64,000 nucleotides of DNA from Macrostomum lignano. Taxonomy: Eukaryota. Below the pieces are notes generated by a model, which did no database searches, was not told the DNA's origin, and saw nothing but the letters and a program-made list of their open reading frames with translations. Each line of letters starts with the position of its first letter. Position 1 is the stretch's first letter. The stretch covers positions 12,733 through 76,732 of the forward strand of contig NIVC01002072.1 of the NCBI GenBank assembly GCA_002269645.1, written 5' to 3'. The position numbers and the translations under genes are program-made. Positions 28,301 to 40,300 of the stretch are shown here, one piece after another.

Positions 28301-31300
28301 TTGGCATGGGGATGATATTTAGGTCATTCAAAAAGTACATTATGTTATATCATTAGTATTGCTAACTTGAGCCATCTGCATAACATTTCACTACCCAGGG
28401 TGCTGCTAATCCGCATTGATCGCATGTGCGTCTATGCCAACAATGGCGATGAAGCCGGCCCAGTTTACTTGGCCATCCGCATGCATGCTGGCAGCAGGCG
28501 CACCCTCAGATCTCAGCAGATCACTGTGCCAGAGCGGGGTCAGGTGTTCGAGCATCCAATCACTGTGGAGATTCAATATCCGCACGCTATTAAGCGAGAT
28601 AATCCTTTGCTGATTATGCTGCAACGGCGTAAGAAGTATAGAAATTTAGGCTTCAAGACAATGGGCCTAGCGCAGGTGAGAGTTTTATTGTTTAAGTGCC
28701 TGTTTTCAGCGCTAAGAACTTTCGGTCAAATATCCCCAGACGAGTCTGTTAGTCAAATAGACTCAAATATCCCCAGATGAGTCTGTTAGTCAAATGGACT
28801 CAAATATCCCCAGACGAGTCTGTTAGTCAAATGGACTCAAATATCCCCAGACGAGTCTGCTAGTCAAATGGACTCAAATATCCCCAGACGATTCTGCTAC
28901 TCAAATGGACTCAAATATCCCCAGACGAGTCTGTTAGTCAAATGGACTCAAATATCCCCAGACGAGTCTGTTAGTCAAATGGACTCAAATATCCCCAGAC
29001 GAGTCTGTTAGTCAAATGCACTCAAATATCACCAGATGAGTCTGTTAGTCAAATGGACTCAAATATCCCCAGACGAGTCTGTTAGTCAAATGGACTCAAA
29101 TATCCCCAGACGAGTCTGTTAGTCAAATGGACTCAAATATCCCCAGACGAGTCTGCTAGTCAAATGGACTCAAATATCCCCAGACGAGTCTGTTAGTCAA
29201 ATGGACTCAAATATCCCCAGACGAGTCTGTTAGTCAAATGGACTCAAATATCCCCAGACGAGTCTGTTAGTCAAATGGACTCAAATATCCCCAGACGAGT
29301 CTGTTAGTCAAATGGACTCAAATATCCCCAGATGAGTCTGCTAGTCAAATGGACTCAAATATCCTCAGATGAGTCTGTTAGTCAGATGGACTCCAATATC
29401 CCCAGATGAGTCTGCTAGTCAAATGGACTCAAATATCCTCAGATGAGTCTGTTAGTCAGATGGACTCCAATATCCCCAGATGAGTCTGTTAGTCAAATGG
29501 AATTAAATATCCTCAGATGAGTCTGTTAGTTCGTCAAATAGAATTAAATATCCCCAGTTGAGTCTGTTAGTCAAATACTATTTACTGGTAAGTTGGGATT
29601 GTTGATTAAGTATCCCTTAATAGGGACGCATTGCAGTTCGACAATCTCAATGACTCAACTCAAAATTAATGTAACTCATTCAAGCCTCCAAATCTTGAGC
29701 TACTTACAATGTTGCAGGTGAATCTGTCGGACGTGCTCCAGTGCCGCCTGCTGCAGCACCAGCTCGACCTGCTTCCGGAGTCCAGCAGCAAAGTTGACCA
29801 GTCCTCTATGTCCGGCAAGTCCTCCTCTGCCGCCGCCGCGGCCGCTGCAAACCGCCGCCCTGTCGGGTTTCTCCACGTGGTGCGGCTGGAGACGCTGCCA
29901 CCGCCGCGCGATCTGGCCGCCTGTAGGAAGGACTTCGCCGCTGCCGTCGCCGGCGCCGTTGCGTCTGGCCGCTGGACAGATGAGGCCATCAGCGATGAGG
30001 ACGAGACGGACCATGGCGTGGATGAAGACGAGGAGGATGAGAAGATTAAGAAGGACGCTGTTAATAAGGTGATGAAAGATACCAGTTGAATTTGTGTCTG
30101 TCAGTTACACCTGGTGTGTGTCAGTTACACCTGGTGTGTGTCAGTTACACCTGGTGCCTGTCAGTTACACCTGGTGTGTCAGTTACACCTGGTGTGTGTC
30201 AGTTACACCTGGTGTGTGTCAGTTACACCTGGTGTGTGTCAGTTACACCTGGTGTCTGTCAGTTACACCTGGTGTGTGTCAGTTACACCTGGTGTGTGTC
30301 AGTTACACCTGGTGTCTGTCAGTTACACCTGGTGTGTGTCAGTTACACCTGGTGTGTGTCAGTTACACCTGGTGTCTGTCAGTTACACCTGGTGTCTGTC
30401 AGTTACACCTGGTGTCTGTCAGTTACACCTGGTGTCTGTCAGTTACACCTGGTGTCTGTCAGTTACACCTGGTGTCTGTCAGTTACACCTGGTGTCTGTC
30501 AGTTACACCTGGTGTGTGTCAGTTACACCTGGTGTGTGTCAGTTACACCTGGTGTGTGTCAGTTACACCTGGTGTGTGTCAGTTACACCTGGTGTGTGTC
30601 AGTTACACCTGGTGTGTGTCAGTTACACCTGGTGTGTGTCAGTTACACCTGGTGTGTGTCAGTTACACCTGGTGCCTGTCAGTTACACCTGGTGTGTGTC
30701 AGTTACACCTTGTGTCTGTCAGTTACACCTGATGCCTGTCAGTTACACCTGGTGTGTGTCAGTTACACCTGGTGTCTGTCAGTTACACCTGATGCCTGTC
30801 AGTTACACCTGATGCCTGTCAGTTACACCTGGTGTCTGTCAGTTACACCTCGTGAATGTCAGTTACTCCTGGTGCCTGTAAGTTACACCTTGTGTCTGTC
30901 AGTTACACCTTGTGTCTGTCAGCTACACCTTGTGTCTGTCAGTTACACCTTGTGTCTGTCAACTACACCTTGTATCTGTCAGTTACACCTTGTGTCTGTC
31001 AGCTACACCTTGTGTCTGTCAGCTACACCTTGTGTCTGTCAGCTACACCTGTGAGCCTATCTAATCGCACCCTAAAAGTGAACTCGTATTGAACTATTTC
31101 GCTTCTCATTTCAGCCAAAAGAATGGCGCCAGAAGTTCAAGCTTTTTATGGACGAAAATTTCTCTACCATATTGAAGCTTAAAAAGCTGAAGGGTGGCCA
31201 ACAGTTTGAGGTGAGCGGAAAATGATACTGCAGTTTTTGCATTATTTATGATTTATGATTAGTTAGTTCCCTCATCTACTTAGTAAGTATCTAGGGCAAA

Positions 31301-34300
31301 CGGCGAGAGTAACTTCGAATGTTAAAAAAGCGCCTCGTCATCTAATATGTTGCTTCAAAAGAAAATGAAAGTATTATCTGGTCTAATAGTACATTGCGTT
31401 GGGTTTGCAGTTGCTACGCAGGCCAGTCCCTGTGTATTTTCGTGCTTGCCTAGATGGCTAAATTGAATTGCCCCTTCCCGCTATCCTGTCGTCACTGGCT
31501 AGCAAGCAGAATTTGATAGAACGGAACCAACCGCTAGGGTTAAGGGGGGATTAAATCTGCGCGCTCTCTTTGAGTCCAGTCTGAGTACCCCTTGTGCTGG
31601 CTGGCGGACGGAGCAGGGAGAGGCGGGGATATAGGCCTGTGCTAATGGGAACGCGCTCGAGCTGTACTTTCTGATAGACAAGGAAGGATGCGTGTGCGTG
31701 CAACTGACGAGAGACGGGCGGCTGGCTGTGGCTGTCCGGACTTCTCGGACACGCCCGGAGGCGAGAGAATCCAAGGGCCTGGCTTCCGTCTTTCTCATCT
31801 CATCGACACTAACAGACGCAATTATCGACACTTTAATTAATACATCCATCGACACTCGAATCGATGCCTTTATCGACATATTTATACCCTCAGACACTTT
31901 ATAAGTAGCACCTTTTATCGACATGTCAAGTGGCACATTTTTCGACACTACCAGCGACATCTTAATCAAACATTTATCGACACTACAAGCGACATCTTAA
32001 TCGAATATTTATCGACACTACAAGCGACATCTTAATCGAATATTTATCGACACTACAAGCGTCATCTTAATTGAACATTTATCGACACTACAAGCGACAT
32101 ATTAATCGATTATTTATCGACACTACAAGCGTCATCTTAATTGAACATTTATCGACACTACAAGCGACATCTTAATCAAACATTTATCGACACTACAAGC
32201 GACATCTTAATCGAACATTTATCGACACTACAAGCGTCATCTTAATTGAACATTTATCGACACTACAAGCGACATATTAATCGATTATTTATCGACACTA
32301 CAAGCGTCATCTTAATTGAACATTTATCGACACTACAAGCGACATCTTAATCGAATATTTATCGACACTATAAGCGACATATTAATCGATTATTTATCGA
32401 CACTACAAGCGACATCTTAATCAAACATTTATCGACACTACAAGCGACATCTTAATTGAACATTTATCGACACTACAAGCGACATCTTAATCGAACAATT
32501 AGCGACACTACAAGCGACATCTTAATCGAATATTTATCGACACTATAAGCGACATATTAATCAATTATTTATCGACATTACAAGCGACATCTTAATCAAA
32601 CATTTTTCGACACTACCAGCGACATCTTAATCAAACATTTATCGACACTACAAGCGACATTTTAATCAAACATTTTTCGACACTACCAGCGACATCTTAA
32701 TCAAACATTTATTGACACTACAAGCGACATCTTAATCGAACATTTATCGACACTACAAGCGACATCTTAATCGAACATTTATCGACACTACAAGCGACAT
32801 CTTAATCAAACATTTATCGACACTACAAGCGACGCTACAAGCGACATCTTAATCAAACATTTATCGACACTACAAGCGACGCTACAAGTGTAATCTTAAT
32901 CGAACATTTATCGACACTACAAGCGACATCTTAATTGAACATTTATCGACACTACAAGCGACATCTTAATCAAACATTTATCGACACTACAAGCGACGCT
33001 ACAAGTGTAATCTTAATCGAACATTTATCGACACTACAAGCGACATCTTAATCAAACATTTATCGACACTACAAGCGACGCTACAAGTGTAATCTTAATC
33101 GAACATTTATCGACACTACAAGCGACATCTTAATTGAACATTTATCGACACTACAAGCGACGCTTCAAGCGACATCTTAATCGAACATTTATCGACACTA
33201 CAAGCGACGCTACAAGTGTAATCTTAATCGAACATTTATCGACACTACAAGCGACATCTTAATCGAACATTTATCGACACTACAAGCGACATCTTAATCG
33301 AACATTTATCGACACTACAAGCGACGCTACAAGCGACATCTTAATCGAACATTTATCGACAGTACAAGCGACGCTACAAGTGTAATCTTAATCGAACATT
33401 TATCGACACTACAAGCGACATCTTAATTGAACATTTATCGACACTTCAAGCGACATCTTAATCGAACATTTATCGACACTACAAGCGACATCTTAATCGA
33501 ACATTTATCGACACTACAAGCGACATCTTAATCGAACATTTATCGACACTACAAGCGACATCTTAATTGAACATGTATCGACACTACAAGCGACATCTTA
33601 ATCGAACATTTATCGACACTACAAGCGACATCTTAATCGAACATTTATCGACACTACAAGCGACATCTTAATCGAACATTTATCGACACTACAAGCGACG
33701 TCTTTATAAAACTTGTATTGACAATTGAAGCGACAACGAGGCATACGGAGTTGTTTTAACACTCGCTGAAGGATTTTAAGACAGGGAGCTCGGGATGATA
33801 ATTAATTAAAGGCAGTGAAAAGATCGCTGCTATTTCTCAGTTGCAGAAATGGCTTTCAGGCGGGTTTTAAAGGCCTTCTGCCCTTTAATTAATTATCCTT
33901 ATTCCTCTTTTTCCCTTATCCTATCTTCCTGATCTGCCCCTCTGTTGCAAGCTTCCGCGAACCCGCCTATACAATGCATTCGGTTGCATCCTTTTCGCCT
34001 TTGACTCTCTTCCCTTCGACTCCTCCGCTTTAGTGTTCCGCTCCCGTCTCTCCAGCCTCTGTGATTTTTTTCTTTTGCCCTGCCGTTCCCAACTCAACCC
34101 ATGCCCGTTTTCTCTCATCGATTTAGTGCCTTTTTCTTATCCCAGATTCAGGTTTTTCTGTTATACCATAACACTAGAAGCCTTATATTGCTACTACCAT
34201 TAGATCTAAGTACGATATGTAGCGTGTTTAATAATTTTTATTATCTTCGATAAAACTAGAAACAAAAATGGAGATAAATTTTCGTATAGTGGATGGATAT

Positions 34301-37300
34301 ACTAGTTCATCAATTGTTTCTGAACTTTCTGAACTTTATGAATTCTGAGCTTACACATCGAGTGACACATCTATGAGCACATTGAGTGAAATATCTATGA
34401 GCACATTGAGTGACACATCTATGAGCACATTGAGTGGCACATCTATGAGCACATTGAGTGAAATATCTATGAGCACATTGAGTGAAATATCTATGAGCAC
34501 ATTGAGTGAAATATCTATGAGCACATTAAGTGACACATCTATAAGCACATTAAGTGACACATCTATGAGCACATTGAGTGACACATCTATGAGCACATTG
34601 AGTGACACATCTATGAGCACATTGAGTGACACATCTATGAGCACATTGAGTGACACATCTATGAGCACATTGAGTGACACATCTATGAGCACATTGAGTG
34701 ACACATCTATGAGCACATTAAGTGACACATCTATGAGCACATTAAGTGATACATCTATGAGCACATTGAGTGACACATCTATGAGCACATTAAGTGACAC
34801 ATCTATGAGCACATTAAGTGACATATATGAGCACATTAAGTGACACATCTATGAGCACATTGAGTGACACATCTATGAGCACATTGAGTGACACATCTAT
34901 GAGCACATTGAGTGACACATCTATGAGCACATTAAGTGAAACATCTATGAGCACATTGAGTGATACATCTATGAGCACATTGAGTGACACATCTATGAGC
35001 ACATTAAGTGACACATCTATGAGCACATTAAGTGACATATATGAGCACATTAAGTGACACATCTATGAGCACATTGAGTGACACATCTATGAGCACATTG
35101 AGTGACACATCTATGAGCACATTAAGTGACACATCTATGAGCACACTGAGTGACACATCTATGAGCACATTAAGTGACACATCTATGAGCACATTGAGTG
35201 ACACATCTATGAGCACACTGAGTGACACATCTATGAGCACATTAAGTGACACATCTATGAGCACATTGAGTGAAATATCTATGAGCACATTAAGTGACAC
35301 ATCTATGAGCACATTGAGTGACCAATCTATGAGCACATTGAGTGAAATATCTATGAGCACATTAAGTGACACATCTATGAGCACATTGAGTGACCCATCC
35401 TCAACGGTTAGTAAGCTGCTAAATGGGCAAGCTGAGCTGAGCGGGAGTTGTCACAGTCTCGGCACAAACCAAAACTTTCACCCCCAATCTGTGCAGCTTG
35501 ACTACCAGCCCGAGCTGCAAAACGAGTCGCTGTGGAACGACCTCGACGACGCGGAGCCTGACTCCGACTCCAGTCTTGACGACGACGACGAGCTCAGCGT
35601 ACAATCGACGCCCAAGCCGAGCCTGCGGCGCTACTTTGGCTCGCAGGCTTCCGACTGCGGCAAGCCGCTGGCTTCAACTGCTGCTGCACCTGGGCTAAAG
35701 CAGCACCAGCAGCAGCATCGCCGGTTGCTTGCTGACGAACCCGACACGATGGATGACCCACCAGCGACGGGTCAGTCGTTGTTGCAGCCTCCAGCGCCGC
35801 TACCGCCGTCGCAGCCGACTCTTTCGCCGACGCCGCTGATGTCGACAACGTCATCACAACAGGCGCCGTCGGTGACGGCCCGCGGCTCTGCTCTGCTACC
35901 GTTCGACAATCCGCTGACAGATGTAAGTTTTGCGTTTGCGAGCTAGGGTCATTGCACAGGCGTAGCCAGTGCGGCATGGCGCCCCTTGATGCTGGCGCCC
36001 CTTGGTGCTGGCGCCCCTTGGTGCTGGCGCCCCTTGGTGCTGGCGCCCCTTGGTGCTGGCGCCCCTTGGTGCTGGCGCCCCTTGGTGCTGGCGCCCCTTG
36101 GTGCTGGCGCCCCTTGGTGCTGGCGCCCCTTGGTGCTGGCGCCCCTTGGTGCTGGCGCCCCTTGGTGCTGGCGCCCCTTGGTGCTGGCGCCCCTTGGTGC
36201 TGGCGCCCCTTGGTGCTGGCGCCCCTTGGTGCTGGCGCCCCTTGGTGCTGGCGCCCCTTGGTGCTGGCGCCCCTTGGTGCTGGCGCCCTTTGGTGCTGGC
36301 GCCCCTTGGTGCTGGCGCCCCTTGGTGCTGGCGCCCTTTGGTGCTGGCGCCCCTTGGTGCTGGCGCCCCTTGGTGCTGGCGCCCTTTGGTGCTGGGGCCC
36401 CTTGGTGCTGGCGCCCTTTGGTGCTGGCGCCCTTTGGTGCTGGCGCCCCTTGGTGCTGGCGCCCTTTGGTGCTGGGGCCCCTTGGTGCTGGCGCCCCTTG
36501 GTGCTGGCGCCCTTTGGTGCTGGGGCCCCTTCATAAAAAATTCGGTCACCCCCCCCAAAAAAAATACTGGCTACGCTATGCCTATGTATTTTAGCTCAAA
36601 GTTATAAGTCTGTGTCTATTTCTGTTAAGTCATCGAACCATATTAGCAATCGATCGTTTCTGCTTGTACAATATATTTTTTAGTTCAGCTAATGCCATTT
36701 TATCTCGTTTTCAAATTCTAACGAATTAGCAGTGCTGTCCTCAACAGATATGTTCAGTATCGTAGACTACAACTAGAGACACTAGAGACGAAGAGTACAA
36801 AGCATAGTCACTTTTACTACTGCTACAAATGGTGCTTACTCGGTTAAAAAAGTGTCCCTAGAAATTTCCAATCCAGAATCAAAGCGCATCCTGACACAGT
36901 TTAGATTAGGACCGAGGACTGCGAGACCAAAGATCCCTAACGAGAATAGGACTAACCGAAAGTGCCGCCTGGGGGGGGGGGTAGAAAGTGAAGTTCACTT
37001 CCTGTTTATTATTTATCAGAGACAGGGGGCTGTGTGCACCCTGGTGCACTTTTAGCGACATTGTCACAACTGGCAAGAGGCATTGCTGCCCATTCTGCCG
37101 ACTCCGCTGAGCAGGCACACACTCACACAGGAGTGTACAGCGGCCCTGACTGTATTTATCGTCAGGCATGTACACTTCACTGTGCCTTGGGGTTTGGCCC
37201 CCAAGGCCGTTGATTGCACGAGCAGAGCCAAGCCGAGATTCCAATTTAGCCCCAAACTAATGTGACTGCACTTGGAATCGAGCCTGGGCCGCTGGCACAT

Positions 37301-40300
37301 CAGAGCGCCGCGATGGACCACTAGGCTACGGCCCTCACTTCCTGTTTAAGTGCAGTTGGACTTTTATAGTGCTCCCCGTGATAAATCTTGGATAAACAGG
37401 TTTGCCCCAGAAAATGTTGCATTGGTCTCCGTTTTTTAAAAAGTACATGCCGTACTTCGTCCACAGGCGCCGCCGCCGCCGCCGCCGCCGCAACATTTGG
37501 CACAACAGCAGCCGAGGCGGCTGTCTTGCATCACCCCAACTGCCGCCTTCGCTGCCGTTAGTTTGCCCAATTGCCCGTCCCGTGTAAATTTTAGAATCAC
37601 AACAATTTTTATCGCTAATTGGATTTTTCAAAGAGAAAGAAGATTAGTTCTTTAAATTTTATGTCGCCGTTGAATTGTTTTTAGACTTTTTGATGATTGC
37701 GTTAATTGCATAGTCTGATTTTAGATTTCACTGAAAAAATTAGCAAACACTTATGGGATCGTTTCAGGAGCTCAAAACTTCACACCGTCCAAAGGCACAA
37801 CCTTTCATAGCCTCGAATCTTCACCTGTCCGAATCTTCACCTGCTCGAATCTTCACAGGCTCTAATCTTCACCTGCTCGAATCTTCACCTGCTCGAATCT
37901 TCACAGGCTCGAATCTTCACCTGCTCGAATCTTCACCTGCTCGAATCTTCACAGGCTCGAATCTTTACCTGCTCGAATATTCACCTGCTCGAATCTTCAC
38001 AGGCTCGAATCTTCACCTGCTCGAATCTTCACCTGCTCGAATCTTCACATGCTCGAATCTTCACCTGCTCGAATCTTCACAGGCTCTAATCTTCACCTGC
38101 TCGAATCTTCACCTGCTCGAATCTTCACAGGCTCAAATCTTCACCTGCTCGAATCTTCACCTGCTCGAATCTTCACCTGCTCGAATCTTCACCTGCTCGA
38201 ATCTTCACAGGCTCGAATCTTTACCTGCTCGAATCTTCACAGGCTCGAATCTTTACCTGCTCGAATCTTCACCTGCTCGAATCTTCACAGGCTCGAATCT
38301 TCACAGGCTCGAATCTTCACCTGCTCGAATCTTCACCTGCTCGAATCTTCACAGGTTCGAATCTTCACAGGCTCGTATCTTCACGTGCTCGAATCTTCAC
38401 CTGCTCGAATCTTCACAGGCTCGAATCTTTACCTGCTCGAATCTTCACCTGCTCGAATCTTCACAGGCTCGAATCTTCACAGGCTCGAATCTTCACCTGC
38501 TCGAATCTTCACCTGCTCGAATCTTCACAGGTTCGAATCTTCACAGGCTCGTATCTTCACGTGCTCGAATCTTCACCTGCTCGAATCTTCACCTGCTCGA
38601 ATCTTCACCTGCTCAAATCTTCACCTGCTCAAATTAAAAGCTTACCACCCCGAAAAAGTCTCGCTTTATGTAGTCAGTTCCGCTAGTTGCCAATTTGAAC
38701 AAAATTAAATTCTTATGAAGTTTCGATCTTATGAAATTCACTGTCTTCGACAATGTGAAATTTCTAGCTTGTTAAAGCACCCAAATTGCCAGAGGTATGA
38801 ATTTTCACTGGCAATTTAATGCTATTGTGGATCGGAAAACAGAAGCAATTCAAGACAAAAAATCTCTCCGATGCATCTAATTTTAGGACTTGAAAATACA
38901 ACAAAAAATTAAAAATTCAAACAATTAACTTCGGGTAATAAAATTGTTTACAGATCTAATTTAGTAAGATCATAAATTCTAACCGTTCCTACTGATGGTC
39001 TGAGAAAGTTTTTTATGATTGCAAATAATTAATCAATTAATCAAGGTGTTTTTACTTTAATAAGATAGGTAATCTGCAAGATTTGATTGCTGTATTAATA
39101 ATTGACTTTCTGCGTACTTTTTCCTAAATTTTAATAACTTATTTTACTGGAATGCATTGTGTCTCAGTGTGCAAGCTTTAGCCAATAAGTACACGGGGCT
39201 CTTTTCTAAACTTCTTTTTTGTCTTTTTAGCCGCGCAAGGAGTGCATCGAGGCCGTCCACCGTCTCCACGGCGAACCGCTGCCCGAGAGGCTCTGCATTG
39301 TCTGCACCGCTGAGGCTGGCGGCCGGGTGAGTGCCTCACTCACCTCACCTGAAATCAACCGTCACCTGTTCACACACTTTACCTGACACCAATCCTCACC
39401 TATTCACCCACCTCATCTGACACCAATCCTCACCTGTTCACCCACCTCATCTGACACCAATCCTCACCTGTTCACCCACCTCACCTGACACCAATCCTCA
39501 CCTGTTCACCCACCTCACCTGACACCAATCCTCACCTGTTCACCCACCTCACCTGACACCAATCCTCACCTGTTCACCCACCTCACCTGACACCAACCCT
39601 CACCTATTCACCTACGTCACCTGACACCCCGACTCAATGAATCCCAAGTTCATTTGCCTCCCTCGACACCCACAAGGCGCTATTGGAAGCGCTGCAGTCG
39701 GAGATGAGGCTGCCCTGCGTGCCTACGGCCTCCCCGGCCGACTGCAGGCACGCCATCGGTCACATGGCTGCTGCGCTGGCGCAGACGCCGAATCCAGCCG
39801 GCCGAGCCGGGGCGCCGCCGCCACCGGCGCTGCACAGAATCTGCCTTCTCGGCTCCGATCAGCACGCCAACGCTGTGCTCCGCGCCTACGTGGATCATTT
39901 CGGCTCCCGACCGCCTGGCTGGCAGTCCCGAGTTCGATTCCACTACGCCCCGTTGCCAGGCGGGCCGACCGCCTGTGCCCAGCTGTGCCGGCACCTTGCC
40001 GGCTGCGACCCCACCTACGCCAAGCTGTTCCACGCAGACGATTGGCGGGACAGCTCGCCTAGCGAGGCGGCGCGTCGGATCTGGCGCTACCTGACTGGCG
40101 CCTCGGGCTTGCTGGGCCTACCAATTGGCGAGGTCATGCTGGCCACCGGCCTGCGCCACGCCGAGTCCTCTGAAGCCTCTGAAACGGCGGCCCAACAGCA
40201 GCAGCAGCAGCAGCAACAGGTGCCTGGTTCCGCTTCATCCGCCTCAGCAGCGACGTCCGGGTCTGCGGTAACTGCGACGGCGACTGCGGCGTCGGGCTCG

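Noticed and set aside
31700-31780. Hammerhead ribozyme (CTGACGA core)
   Set aside because: No GAAA after a plausible stem II and no stem I/III closure; the same holds for CTGACGA at about 59018.
35032-35496. (SMSTLSDT)n as part of PACS
   Set aside because: The 24-bp array is merely in frame with exon 5; the acceptor at 35496 gives a phase-consistent model without it.
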